55,048 nt of DNA, taken from NCBI GenBank assembly GCA_945870865.1, contig CAMBTO010000004.1, positions 1 through 55,048 of the forward strand. Reading direction: 5' to 3'. Source of the DNA: Klebsiella pneumoniae (lineage in GTDB: Bacteria > Pseudomonadota > Gammaproteobacteria > Eutrophobiales > Eutrophobiaceae). Position 1 is the stretch's first letter; each line of letters opens with the position of its first letter. The notes below the pieces were generated by a model that had not been told where the DNA came from, did not search any database, and worked only from the letters and a program-made list of their open reading frames with translations. Shown here piece by piece: positions 1 to 10,359 of the stretch. The translations under genes and the position numbers were made by a program.

Positions 1-2
1 CG

Positions 3-371
<369 letters not shown>

Positions 372-394
372 AAGCAGTAAACAGAAGTAATAAA

Positions 395-428
395 CGGCGG
401 CGTTTAAAAAACGCCGCCGATTTTTTTA
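395..428 (+). terminator. Rho-independent terminator after katG
   Basis: CGGCGGCGTTT-AAA-AAACGCCGCCG hairpin followed by a T run. Confidence 0.8.
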
Positions 429-479
429 TCAGAGGATAACTCTTATGAGTTACCCGGGTGCAGGCGGGGATATTATCGA

Positions 480-800
480 TTAATACTGTGCAGCCGGTAC
501 CCGTACGACCAGACCATTCAGTGCATCAGTAACCGGTATCTGACAGCTCAGGCGGCCGGTTTCAGCAGGCTCTGCCGCAAATTCGAGCATGTCTTTTTCC
601 AGTTGGGCGGCCGGGGTCAGTTTGAGGTACCAGTTCTTGTCGACGATCACGTGGCAGGTGGCGCAGCTACAGGCGCCGCCGCATTCAGCGACGATACCCT
701 TAATACCGTTATTCACGGCCGCCATCATCAGGCTGACGCCATTTTCGGCATTGATTACGGTTTCGGTGCCATCCGCTGAGATGAAGGTGATTTTTGCCAT
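480..800 (-). CDS. 2Fe-2S ferredoxin (putidaredoxin/adrenodoxin type)
   Basis: ECGGACSCATCHV ... RLSCQI cysteine pattern, 106 aa. Confidence 0.93.
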   Translation of the reverse strand: MAKITFISADGTETVINAENGVSLMMAAVNNGIKGIVAECGGACSCATCHVIVDKNWYLKLTPAAQLEKDMLEFAAEPAETGRLSCQIPVTDALNGLVVRVPAAQY

Positions 801-914
801 GATTACAATATCCTCTTTCCTGAAATTCGTTCCGGGCCAGCGAGATGTCAGTCCCGCAAAAACCGCGAATTATACGGAACTATCGGGCAGATTAAAGCAG
901 TTTTTGCCGGTTGG

Positions 915-1892
915 CTATGTGGTCAGCACGATCTTGCCGATATGGGCGCTCGATTCCATCAATCGGTGTGCTTCTGCCGCCTCTGTCAGAGGAAAATGCT
1001 TGTAGATCAACGGCCTTATCTGTCCACTGGCCAGCAGTGGCCAGACCTGTTGCAACAGTTTTGTAGCTATCCTGCGTTTGAACGCCACGGGCCGCGCACG
1101 CAGTGTTGAGCCGGTCACGATAAGGCGTTTACGCATGATCCCGAGCAGGTCGGCCTCGACCTTGTAGCCCTTCAGCGCGGCGATGATGACAATCCGGCCT
1201 TCCTCAGCAGCGATACGGATGTTGCGGTTAAAATAATCGCCCCCGACCATATCGAGGATCAGATTGATACCACGCTTGCCAGTCGCCTGCTGGCAGTATT
1301 CAACAAAGTCCTGCTCGCGGTAGTTGATCACATGGTCTGCCCCGAGCGTGAGACAGGCCCGACGTTTGTCCTCATTGCCCACCGTCGTATAAACGGTCGC
1401 GCCGAACGCATGGGCCAGCTGTATGGCCGTGGTACCGATGCCACTGCTGCCGCCGTGGACGAGGAAAGACTCACCCGATTTCAAGCCGCCACGGTCGAAT
1501 ACATTGCTCCACACAGTGAAAAAGGATTCAGGGAGACCGGCTGCCTCTATGTCAGACAGACCGGCCGGTATCGGCAGATAGGTCCCTGCATCGGCCAGCG
1601 TATATTCGGCATAACCCCCACCAGTCAGCAGTGCACAGACCCGGTCACCGACTTTTAGATGGTCAATCTTCCCCTTCATCTTCACGACCTCCCCGGCAAC
1701 TTCTACGCCAGGGATGTCCGAGGCACCGGCCGGGGGAGGGTAAGCACCCATACGCTGCAATATATCCAGCCGGTTTACACCGGCGGCCGCCACCTTAATC
1801 AGGACCTGCCCGGCACGTGGTTCCGGTATGGCGGTCTCGCGCAGTTCGAGTTTTTCAGGCCCGCCCGCTGCGGCTATGTGAATATATTTCAT
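915..1892 (-). CDS. NAD(P)H-quinone oxidoreductase, PIG3/zeta-crystallin (MDR) family
   Basis: AAGVNRLD, LVHGGSSGIGT, GSTLRAR and HIGKIVL motifs; start moved to ATG 1892 (MKYIHI), which follows a GAGGAG RBS. Confidence 0.9.
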   Translation of the reverse strand: MKYIHIAAAGGPEKLELRETAIPEPRAGQVLIKVAAAGVNRLDILQRMGAYPPPAGASDIPGVEVAGEVVKMKGKIDHLKVGDRVCALLTGGGYAEYTLADAGTYLPIPAGLSDIEAAGLPESFFTVWSNVFDRGGLKSGESFLVHGGSSGIGTTAIQLAHAFGATVYTTVGNEDKRRACLTLGADHVINYREQDFVEYCQQATGKRGINLILDMVGGDYFNRNIRIAAEEGRIVIIAALKGYKVEADLLGIMRKRLIVTGSTLRARPVAFKRRIATKLLQQVWPLLASGQIRPLIYKHFPLTEAAEAHRLMESSAHIGKIVLTT

Positions 1893-2007
1893 TACGTCTC
1901 CTCGACATGATGCACAGGATAAAACAAACGGCGGTGTATTGGTCATGCGTTTCAAACAGTAGTAGCATGGTCGGACTATCTGACAGCTGAATCATACTAT
2001 AAGCCCC

Positions 2008-3303
2008 GTGTCTGAACGACCCTCCAAATTCCAGGACCTGCTAGAGCGCGACCGCCGTGTGGTGTGGCATCCTTATGCCACGATGATCGATCCGCCACCG
2101 GTATATCCCGTCGTCTCCGCCTCCGGTGTGCGTTTGCGTCTGGCTGATGGCAGGGAAATGATCGATGGCATGTCCTCATGGTGGTGTGCGATACACGGGT
2201 ATAACCACCCGGTACTGAATGCGGCAGTGACTACCCAGTTAGCGTCGATGGCCCATGTGATGTTTGGTGGATTGACGCATGAACCAGCGATCCGTCTGGC
2301 AGAACAATTACTCGCGATTGTACCGGCCGGGTTGGCCCATGTGTTTTTCGCCGATTCCGGGTCGGTCGCGGTCGAGGTCGCGCTGAAGATGGCGGTGCAG
2401 TACTGGTATGCACAGGGCAAACCCGCGAAGCAGAAATTCCTGACTATCAGCAAGGGTTATCATGGCGATACGATCGGTGCGATGTCGGTATGTGACCCGG
2501 TCACCGGAATGCACAGCCTGTTCAGTCAGATGCTGGCGCAACAGTATTTTGCCGATCGTCCCCGGGTGCGGTTTGGCGCGGACTGGGAGCCGGACGCTAT
2601 CAACGGTTTTGCGGCCTTGATCGAACAGCATCATTCACAGTTGGCCGCAGTGATCCTTGAGCCCGTCGTACAGGGCGCGGGCGGCATGTGGTTTTACCAT
2701 CCCGAGTACCTGCGCGAGGTAGGGCGTTTGTGTGACCAGTACGGTGTGTTACTGATCCTGGATGAAATTGCGATCGGGTTTGGGCGTACCGGTAAATTAT
2801 TTGCCAGTGAATATGCCGAGGTCACGCCGGATATCCTGTGTGTGGGCAAGGCCCTGACCGGCGGTTATATGACACTGGCGGCAACTCTGTCCACACGACA
2901 GATTGCTGAAACGATCTCCGCTCATGGCAGCGGTGCGTTTATGCACGGGCCTACCTTCATGGCGAACCCGCTCGCCTGTGCGGTGGCCGGTGCGAATATT
3001 ACGCTATTGCAGTCCTGGGATTGGCAGCAGCGAGTCAGACAGATCGAACAGCAGATGCGAGAGCAATTGACACCCTGCCTGCAAAATCCCGCCGTGGCGG
3101 ATGTGCGTGTGCTTGGGGCCATCGCTGTGGTCGAATTAAAAACTCCGGTCGATATGCGTACCATCACTGCCGCGTTTGTCCATCGTGGCGTCTGGGTCAG
3201 GCCATTCGGCAAGCTGGTCTACATCATGCCGCCATACATTATCAGCGATGCGGATCTCGCCACATTGACGCAGGCGATGTGCGAGGTGGTCAACGACGCT
3301 TAA
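2008..3303 (+). CDS. bioA: Adenosylmethionine-8-amino-7-oxononanoate aminotransferase
   Basis: [38 protein letters not shown] and [13 protein letters not shown] motifs. Confidence 0.95.
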   Translation: MSERPSKFQDLLERDRRVVWHPYATMIDPPPVYPVVSASGVRLRLADGREMIDGMSSWWCAIHGYNHPVLNAAVTTQLASMAHVMFGGLTHEPAIRLAEQLLAIVPAGLAHVFFADSGSVAVEVALKMAVQYWYAQGKPAKQKFLTISKGYHGDTIGAMSVCDPVTGMHSLFSQMLAQQYFADRPRVRFGADWEPDAINGFAALIEQHHSQLAAVILEPVVQGAGGMWFYHPEYLREVGRLCDQYGVLLILDEIAIGFGRTGKLFASEYAEVTPDILCVGKALTGGYMTLAATLSTRQIAETISAHGSGAFMHGPTFMANPLACAVAGANITLLQSWDWQQRVRQIEQQMREQLTPCLQNPAVADVRVLGAIAVVELKTPVDMRTITAAFVHRGVWVRPFGKLVYIMPPYIISDADLATLTQAMCEVVNDA

Positions 3304-3312
3304 TCTGATTGG

Positions 3313-3465
3313 ATTCCGGATAACCGCTGAAGCGGTTTCCGGAATGACGGGGTGAGATTGGGTGTGTCGCTGGCACGTGATTGTGGCAGATAGTTTCCGG
3401 AATGATATGGAGAGGTTGGGTATGTCGCGGGCATCGAGTTGTGGCAGTTAGTTTCCGCAATGATC
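3313..3465. repeat. REP-like hairpin plus degenerate 58-bp tandem repeat
   Basis: Hairpin ATTCCGGA-TAACCGC-TGAA-GCGGTT-TCCGGAAT at 3313-3345; GTTTCCG(G/C)AATGA recurs at 3335, 3393 and 3451. Confidence 0.75.
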
Positions 3466-3569
3466 TGTTGGAAGTACGTTATCTCGTTAACCGGCAGTTA
3501 CGAATGGAACACTCTCTGTGTAATAATGCCGTTATTCTCAGTTCAAATTTCAGTCAAGGAGCCAGATAA

Positions 3570-4793
3570 ATGAGTCAGACCTGCGTAGTTATTGGAGCCA
3601 GTCATGCCGCTGCCGCGTTTGTTACGGGCCTGCGTCAGGACGGATGGGAAGGCAGGATCCAGGTGATCGGTGATGAGCCGTACATACCCTACCATCGCCC
3701 GCCCTTGTCGAAGGCCTTGCTGGCCGGTGAAAAGACACTGGAAGAGATATACATCCGCCCGCAGGATATCTATACCAAGGCTAATATCGAGTTCATGCTT
3801 GGTGTGCGTGCCGCCCGGATTGATCGTGCAAACAAAAAGGTCATGCTCGAAAACGGTGTCGGGGTCCGTTATGACAAGCTCGCCTTGATGGTGGGGTCAC
3901 GGGTACGCAAGGTGACCGTGCCGGGTCATGATCTCGACGGTATTCATTATCTGCGCGACTTCGGGGATGTGTCCTGTATCAAGACACATGTAAAACCGGG
4001 TGGCAATGCTGTCATCGTCGGTGGTGGTTATATTGGACTTGAAGCGGCAGCGGTATTAAAAAAGCTTGGTATGAAGGTGACCGTGCTGGAGATGATGGAC
4101 CGTGTGTTACAGCGGGTGACGGCGCCGGAGATCTCCGAATTTTATACCCGTATCCATACCGAAGAGGGTGTGACCATCCGTTGCAAGGTCGGTGCGACCG
4201 GCTTTGAAGGTACGGGCAAGGTCGAACGGGTTATCTGTAATGACGGTACCACCCATGCTGCTGACCTGGTCATTATCGGTATCGGTATTATTCCGAATAT
4301 GGAAATTGCCCAGCATGCGGGATTAAAAACCGAAAATGGTATCGTGGTGGATGAGCATGCGCGTACCAGCGACCCGGACATCGTCGCCGCCGGGGATTGC
4401 GCCTGGCATTACAATGCGATTTATGACCGCTGGCTCCGGCTCGAATCAGTCCAGAATGCAAACGATCAGGCCCGTATTGCGGCCTCTACTGTTGCCGGAC
4501 TGGATAAGGCCTACAGTGCGTTGCCGTGGTTCTGGTCAGACCAGTATGATCTGAAATTGCAGATTGCCGGTCTGAACCAGGGATACGAGCAGGTGATCGT
4601 GCGTGGTGACCGTGCCGGTGGTCGCAGCTTTGCGGCCTTTTATGTGAAGAAAAATAACGTTATTGCGGTTGATTCCGTCAACCGCCCGGCTGAGTTCATG
4701 GTTGGCAAACGACTGATCACCGAGAAGGTGGTGATTGACAGCGCCAGGCTCGCCGACGAGTCCGTCAGCATGAAGGACATGATCGTCAAATAG
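3570..4793 (+). CDS. FAD-dependent ferredoxin reductase (putidaredoxin-reductase type)
   Basis: VVIGASHAA, PYHRPPLSK, VGGGYIGLE, AAGDCA, RLESVQNA and PWFWSDQYDLKLQIAG motifs. Confidence 0.92.
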   Translation: MSQTCVVIGASHAAAAFVTGLRQDGWEGRIQVIGDEPYIPYHRPPLSKALLAGEKTLEEIYIRPQDIYTKANIEFMLGVRAARIDRANKKVMLENGVGVRYDKLALMVGSRVRKVTVPGHDLDGIHYLRDFGDVSCIKTHVKPGGNAVIVGGGYIGLEAAAVLKKLGMKVTVLEMMDRVLQRVTAPEISEFYTRIHTEEGVTIRCKVGATGFEGTGKVERVICNDGTTHAADLVIIGIGIIPNMEIAQHAGLKTENGIVVDEHARTSDPDIVAAGDCAWHYNAIYDRWLRLESVQNANDQARIAASTVAGLDKAYSALPWFWSDQYDLKLQIAGLNQGYEQVIVRGDRAGGRSFAAFYVKKNNVIAVDSVNRPAEFMVGKRLITEKVVIDSARLADESVSMKDMIVK

Positions 4794-4805
4794 CGGTTTG
4801 CGCTA

Positions 4806-5513
4806 TCAGGGAGACTTCAGGAAGCGACCGATCTGACCGGCCATGTTGCTGCATGCATTCGACTGGACCCGGGCCAGTAATGGAATCGGCAGGATGACGG
4901 CGGGCATATAAGAAGTGCCCGTGGATTCCGTGCTGATCTTGCCCTCAAGATTCAGTTCCTCAAAATCCCAGATCGTGGCCTCATAATTGGCCTCGTCGTC
5001 CCAGGTCGCAAATCCGAAACAGCCACCACCACCTGGACCCACAGTACACGACATTAGACCGGCCTTGTCGGTGGTCTGGGTATACCCATCGATCCACACA
5101 AAATAACGGATCCGGAATTCTGCCAGCTTGCTTGCAACCTCCGGTGTCTGGACCAGTCGATCCAGATTTTGCACATCCATCGGCGCGGTGCTGGACTCAA
5201 AATAGGGGTACATGCTGTCGAGGAATTCACGTTCGGGAATGATATTGACGCCGTGGAGTCGCCCCTTTAATGATTGCCCGACGCAATCGATAAAATCAAA
5301 TTCGGTTTCGTAACTGGCGTTGTTACGACGTCCGAGCACAACTATCGACTCACCTTCGATAAGGCTGGTGGATAGATTTTCCCGGTATTCATCCACGATG
5401 GTCGAACTTTTGCAGCCGCTGAGGATCAGCAGCACCAACAGTAACGCCAGAGGGAAGTACAGGCCTAGCACAGATGCTTGTATTCTGTGCAGTTGATCTT
5501 GCCGGACAACCAT
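4806..5513 (-). CDS. Uncharacterised lipoprotein (last gene of the 12-gene operon)
   Basis: Hydrophobic stretch ending in lipobox LILSG-C; SCTVGPGGGGCFG loop; overlaps the upstream gene. Confidence 0.7.
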   Translation of the reverse strand: MVVRQDQLHRIQASVLGLYFPLALLLVLLILSGCKSSTIVDEYRENLSTSLIEGESIVVLGRRNNASYETEFDFIDCVGQSLKGRLHGVNIIPEREFLDSMYPYFESSTAPMDVQNLDRLVQTPEVASKLAEFRIRYFVWIDGYTQTTDKAGLMSCTVGPGGGGCFGFATWDDEANYEATIWDFEELNLEGKISTESTGTSYMPAVILPIPLLARVQSNACSNMAGQIGRFLKSP

Positions 5514-6112
5514 TCCCGCATGCCCGGTGCCTTGCGAAAGTCCAGTACGAACCGCGCACCGATATCACGCAGTGCCAGATTGATGGCCTCGTTCAGGCCT
5601 TCCTCTTTGCTGGTAAACATCGCGGTCGGACTCTTGCCATAACCGGTCAGTTGCCATTCGCTGATGATTTTTCCGCCGGGCTCATACAGTTTGATACCGT
5701 ATTTAATCCAGGCCTCATACATGTCCGAGTGGGTCTCCTGCGGCAGCGCAAACTGGGTGTCCATCACCTCAGGCTCCAGCACCAGATCGGCCACGGTACC
5801 CTCCTTGCTGACAGGGGCAACAGCCTGAAACATCGACGGTAATATCTGTTCGAACAAGGCCATGCGCGGTTGCCGGTAATCTATCGACCAACTTTTACGG
5901 GACTTGCTGTCTTCCTTATAGATGTATTCGCGGAAACTATCCGGGTAATTCACGGCCAGCGTCAGGGGAAAGCGGGTGGCGAGCGGTGTGGGTAGTTTGC
6001 CTTCAACCTGCAGATTGATCCCGGACGCGCAGCCACCCGCCAGTATCAGCATAAAATAGAGCAGCACTCGAGGTGTTGGTCGGCAGATTATAAACATGCT
6101 GTTCGATCTCAC
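5465..6112 (-). CDS. Uncharacterised lipoprotein
   Basis: Lipobox ILAGG-C after a hydrophobic segment; alpha/beta-looking body. Confidence 0.7.
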   Translation of the reverse strand: MRSNSMFIICRPTPRVLLYFMLILAGGCASGINLQVEGKLPTPLATRFPLTLAVNYPDSFREYIYKEDSKSRKSWSIDYRQPRMALFEQILPSMFQAVAPVSKEGTVADLVLEPEVMDTQFALPQETHSDMYEAWIKYGIKLYEPGGKIISEWQLTGYGKSPTAMFTSKEEGLNEAINLALRDIGARFVLDFRKAPGMREWLSGKINCTEYKHLC

Positions 6113-6134
6113 ATCCGTGGATGAGATAGACAGA

Positions 6135-7133
6135 TTATCTGAATGTATTCAATCCTACAAATGCCCCGCCATTGCGTCGGGTCAGTTCGCGCATCAGGTT
6201 GGCAAAGCGTAGCCCGCCCATCTGCAAGGCGCGGGGATTGGCAAAAAGTACCGGAAATCCAATCGCATGCACACGTACCAGCGCATTTCCCTGCGCGTCC
6301 TTGGGATTAAGCCGGTCCACCGTGTCTATTACTTCCTCGATGGAGCGACCGGTAAAGTCGTCTCCGAATACGTACAGGCTGATTTTTTTATCAGCACTGT
6401 AAAATGTTGAAATTGCGGTAGTTATTCCCTCAACCGGGCTGCTGTTGCTGAACGGGTTCCAGGTACGCAGGCGGCTGACGATCGCCTTGCGTCTGGCCGG
6501 GGTGTCCGGTATCCATTTACCACGGTATTCCGAGTACATGTAACCGCCCTCGTCATCCATGATCTGCAGGCCTTTGACCTGAGGGTAGACATCCAGCGTA
6601 TTGATAATCTGCTCAGTCACCTTGTCCCAGGCGTACTGGAACATACTGCCGGAGGTATCGACGATAAAAATAATATATTCACTATCGATGGGAATGCCGC
6701 CTACTAGATCACTTTTTTGATCAACCTGACTACCGAGCAATCTTTCCATTTCATCGGAAAGGTCCTGCAGCGCGAGCTCCAGTTCACCCTTTATCACCGT
6801 GTTGACAGCGGCCCGTTCGCTGATGCTGGAAATATTCTGTTTGGTGTCGCCCAGTTCCTGGCTCAGACGGGCGACACGGATGTCCCATTCAGACAGTTGT
6901 TCCCGTTTTGCTGTCAGATCACGATTCAGGATTTGTGACTCGCCGCGCAGGGTGAATAGTTCCTCCTGCAATGCACGGATGATCCCTTCGTCCGGCACAG
7001 GAGACGGTTCCAGATTAACAGGGACACCGCTTCTCGAAATGACCAGTAGCAGAATAATCGCGCCAAACCCGCAGGTAATAACATCCAGAAAGGACAGGCT
7101 GATGATTTCAACGGAATCACGCCGTGATTTCAT
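6135..7133 (-). CDS. ExbD/TolR-like TM anchor + coiled coil + vWA domain protein (paralog 2)
   Basis: N-terminal SLSFLDVITCGFGAIILLLVI; heptad region; MIDAS-like IFIVDTSGSM and YVFGDD. Confidence 0.85.
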   Translation of the reverse strand: MKSRRDSVEIISLSFLDVITCGFGAIILLLVISRSGVPVNLEPSPVPDEGIIRALQEELFTLRGESQILNRDLTAKREQLSEWDIRVARLSQELGDTKQNISSISERAAVNTVIKGELELALQDLSDEMERLLGSQVDQKSDLVGGIPIDSEYIIFIVDTSGSMFQYAWDKVTEQIINTLDVYPQVKGLQIMDDEGGYMYSEYRGKWIPDTPARRKAIVSRLRTWNPFSNSSPVEGITTAISTFYSADKKISLYVFGDDFTGRSIEEVIDTVDRLNPKDAQGNALVRVHAIGFPVLFANPRALQMGGLRFANLMRELTRRNGGAFVGLNTFR

Positions 7134-8215
7134 GGCCAGTCCCGGGAGGGGCTCATAAATGAACCGTTGCTCAGCTGGGCGAGTTGCCAGTAGGCACCTG
7201 CGGCCATCGGATCACCTTCCATCGGTAACAGGATAATGTTTACCGGAATGTTCTTTGGAAGCTGATTGACCGCATCTTCAAACAACTCAAGCCTGTTTCG
7301 ACCGGAGATGATAGCCTCACGCGGCGCGTTTCTGCCCTGGGTAGGCAGGCCATCGGTAATAAGATAAATGTTATCCGGGGCCGGGTTCATACGGCCAATC
7401 TCGGCAAACGCATTGACCAGGCTGGTGCCCCCCTCCGGCACTATCTTGTCGAGTTCTGATATCGCCAGATTCAACTGTTTCTTGTCGCTGACCGCTAACC
7501 ATTGTCCACGGGTCCCGGAAATCACCGAATCGGTGGTCGTGTTAAACGGAAAAATCTGATACTGGCTTGAGACCGGGAAGCGGGTGCTGAGCCAGCGCAC
7601 CATTTCCAGTGCCTGTTTCCATTTCTCTGACGTCCGCCGTGACTGCTCCGACATGTTGCGACGCCGAATCACATTCACAATGGTGTCATCCATCATGCTG
7701 GCCGACTTGTCAATCAGCACCAGTATACGTTTACCACCGAGTTTCAGACCGGTTAGATACTGGCGATTGCCTTCACCCGTAAAGCTGCGGGTGTCCTGAC
7801 CAGTTTTATCTGTTTCGGCCTCCAGCTGTTGACGTTCAAGTTCGAGGTCTTTCAGTTGCTTTTTAAGCTGTTCAATCTCCGCATCCTCTGCGGCCGAGGC
7901 AAGCGTCTGCTCCTTGCCCGATGTGTCATTCAGTTCATCAGTAATCCTTCTCGCCAGTCCCTGGGCAGTGACAACCCGGTTGTCTATTTCGGCTATGGTA
8001 TTACGTAGCTCGGCAAGGTTTTCCCTGCCTTCAAGGATTTCACGTTCCAGTAACGATACCTCTGACTGTTGATCAACGGTAGGTGTTGCTGTGGCGAGAT
8101 TTGAATTAGCATTATGTTTCATGATCAGGAACAGCAAAATCACAGCACCCAGACCACAGGACATCACGTCCAGAAAAGACAGACTCATGCCACCGATGGG
8201 CGTGCGGTTGGCCAT
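7130..8215 (-). CDS. ExbD/TolR-like TM anchor + coiled coil + vWA domain protein (paralog 1)
   Basis: N-terminal SLSFLDVMSCGLGAVILLFLI; coiled coil; MIDAS VLIDKSASM, GGTSL and YLITDGLP. Confidence 0.85.
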   Translation of the reverse strand: MANRTPIGGMSLSFLDVMSCGLGAVILLFLIMKHNANSNLATATPTVDQQSEVSLLEREILEGRENLAELRNTIAEIDNRVVTAQGLARRITDELNDTSGKEQTLASAAEDAEIEQLKKQLKDLELERQQLEAETDKTGQDTRSFTGEGNRQYLTGLKLGGKRILVLIDKSASMMDDTIVNVIRRRNMSEQSRRTSEKWKQALEMVRWLSTRFPVSSQYQIFPFNTTTDSVISGTRGQWLAVSDKKQLNLAISELDKIVPEGGTSLVNAFAEIGRMNPAPDNIYLITDGLPTQGRNAPREAIISGRNRLELFEDAVNQLPKNIPVNIILLPMEGDPMAAGAYWQLAQLSNGSFMSPSRDWP

Positions 8216-9534
8216 TAATCCGGTGCGACTTCAATCAGGCGTACGACCGTGTCCGCACCGGCGAAACTGACCGTGTCGCCGGTAGTGCCGATCTTCATCG
8301 CCAATAGCCGGTTGCCATTCACAAATACGGTCAGTTCGCTTTCCGGTTTGATCTCTATGCCTGCTGCGGTCCGGCGGAACGAGCAATGTTTGTTGTCGAC
8401 CGCGGAGTCTGACACGATCACACCGCTGGCCGATACATACACGGCGGAGGGGCCAAGTGCGTAGGCACGATGATTGATCAACAGGTGTGTGGCAGCGGCG
8501 GCAACCGGTGCCATTCTGTCAATCTGATGACTTGTGCCCATGCCACTGTTAACAGTTGGTGATTTGCTGGCAGGCAGTCTGGTAATGAAGCTGAGTGACG
8601 TGCCGGCGGTACGGAGATTCATCAGGTTGGTGTTGCAACCCTGGAACACGGCCTGTTCATCCAGCGCAATGGCATTTCCCAGTTGGCCGGAAAATCCAGG
8701 CAGGCCATGCAGGCGGTCGCTGATCAACGGCACGGACGTCCCCGTCAGTTCGCGGTAGATATTTTCGTAATGTGCCTTCAGCTTTTCCAGCAGTGGTTCA
8801 CTGAATATCCGTGCCTGATAACGGTTGTTTTTGAAATTGATCTCCAGCGTCAGTTCACCGCCGGCGCGCAGCGTGCGTAATGCCCCGGGTATCAGGTTAT
8901 AGAGTTCCTGCTCGGTCTGTGCATGGTGCAGCGGATCAAACCGTGACTGATCGATGAACGCATCGGCAAAACTGGCCACACAGATATCGTGTATGTCAGC
9001 GAGCCCGGTATCATTGATAACCTTGACCGAGGTGCGCGATACATGGTCTGTCACCTCCAGCGTGGACACCAGTGCATAATGCAGGTGGATATCCACATGG
9101 TTGTATATGCCTTGTTCCGCAATCGCCGCGACACAGGCGGTGGCCGTATCGACCAGACCCACGGCGGTGAACGGACACGCCTCGACAATACCGAGTAACA
9201 GCGCCAGTTGTTCCCTGGAATAGTTGCCGGGGACGGCGAACACAACTTCCTCCGGTTTGCCGGCCTGCTCATGTATCGCCAGCAGCTGGGCGTAGGCGAG
9301 GTCGGCATGGTGTCTGGCGAGACGGGAAGGCACTAACAGTGAGTCCTGGTTTAGCTGACTCCAGTAGCGGTGATAGGTCTGGCGTGGATTACTGCGTGCC
9401 ATCGCATAGGCCTGCTTGCCGGTCGTAATCCCGGTGTCTGCAAGCACGGCATAACCCGGCTGACGCAGCACGATGTTATCGCCCGTGCCCAGACGGATTT
9501 CACTGTCATTTAATTCAATGATAGCGGTCGACAT
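8215..9534 (-). CDS. Cytoplasmic protein: degenerate actin/Hsp70-like fold plus C-terminal FHA-like domain
   Basis: IIELNDSEI, VVFAVPGNYSREQ, GLVDTATACVAA and HVDIHLH parallel Hsp70/MreB motifs; C-terminal HCSF...VFVNG...GDTVSF resembles FHA; no signal peptide. Confidence 0.6.
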   Translation of the reverse strand: MSTAIIELNDSEIRLGTGDNIVLRQPGYAVLADTGITTGKQAYAMARSNPRQTYHRYWSQLNQDSLLVPSRLARHHADLAYAQLLAIHEQAGKPEEVVFAVPGNYSREQLALLLGIVEACPFTAVGLVDTATACVAAIAEQGIYNHVDIHLHYALVSTLEVTDHVSRTSVKVINDTGLADIHDICVASFADAFIDQSRFDPLHHAQTEQELYNLIPGALRTLRAGGELTLEINFKNNRYQARIFSEPLLEKLKAHYENIYRELTGTSVPLISDRLHGLPGFSGQLGNAIALDEQAVFQGCNTNLMNLRTAGTSLSFITRLPASKSPTVNSGMGTSHQIDRMAPVAAAATHLLINHRAYALGPSAVYVSASGVIVSDSAVDNKHCSFRRTAAGIEIKPESELTVFVNGNRLLAMKIGTTGDTVSFAGADTVVRLIEVAPD

Positions 9535-9537
9535 GGT

Positions 9538-10335
9538 CTAGCGTACCTGCATATAACGGATCAGGTTGCTATCACAATAGGTACGAGTGTCGAGCACCAG
9601 TCGGTCCTGCATCAGCTGCAGTTGGTGGGTCAGGAACATGATCAGGATACTGATAAGCAGGGCAATCAATGTCGAGTTGAAGGCGACACCGAGGCTGGCG
9701 GTCACGCCGGTGATATCGCCCTGTACCGCGGCCTGGGCCTGGCTCAAGGCATCACCGATACCACGCACCGTGCCGATAAAGCCGAAGGAGGGAATGGCCC
9801 AGAGGATATAACGCACCATCGACAGCTCCGAATCCTGACGGTTGGACTCTTCTTCGCACACTTCCTTGACCGCATTGGCCACGTCCTGCACGTTGCGCGT
9901 CGAGCCGAAGCGCTGCAAGGCGGTTAGCAAGGCACGTGGCAGCAGGAAGTTTTGTTCCTGTGGCAGCGCAGATTGCAAGGTACGTACGAACTGGCGGACA
10001 TCTTCCGGCAGGATACTGGTCCCCTCCGGTATATCAAGCAGCGATCTGTTCAGCAAGCGGCGTTCGTGTAGCGCGAGGCGGATCTTCAGGCCGATGATGG
10101 CAATGACCCACAGACCCATAATGACGCAGATTTCCTGCTCCGGGTCTTTCAGGATGATGTAGGCAGACTTGGGCATCTCCGCATCTTCACCGGCCGCCAT
10201 TTTTTCCTGTTGTTGTTGAAACAGGGCGTCCGCATTCGGTCTGATAACGGTGACATAAATGGCGTGGACAATGATGATGGAAAATATCAGTGCAAACAGC
10301 TGATAGATAAACTCGGAAACCTGCGTATGTTTCAT
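9538..10335 (-). CDS. MotA/TolQ/ExbB proton-channel family protein
   Basis: WAIPSFGFIGTVRGI and LGVAFNSTLIALLISI TM pair with the conserved Thr residues; two extra N-terminal hydrophobic segments. Confidence 0.9.
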   Translation of the reverse strand: MKHTQVSEFIYQLFALIFSIIIVHAIYVTVIRPNADALFQQQQEKMAAGEDAEMPKSAYIILKDPEQEICVIMGLWVIAIIGLKIRLALHERRLLNRSLLDIPEGTSILPEDVRQFVRTLQSALPQEQNFLLPRALLTALQRFGSTRNVQDVANAVKEVCEEESNRQDSELSMVRYILWAIPSFGFIGTVRGIGDALSQAQAAVQGDITGVTASLGVAFNSTLIALLISILIMFLTHQLQLMQDRLVLDTRTYCDSNLIRYMQVR

Positions 10336-10359
10336 GTTGATTCCTTCATGGAGTATTCC

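Noticed and set aside
3335-3465. Possible mini-CRISPR (regular 58-bp period)
   Set aside because: The would-be spacers resemble each other, the constant part is only about 13 bp, and no cas genes are present
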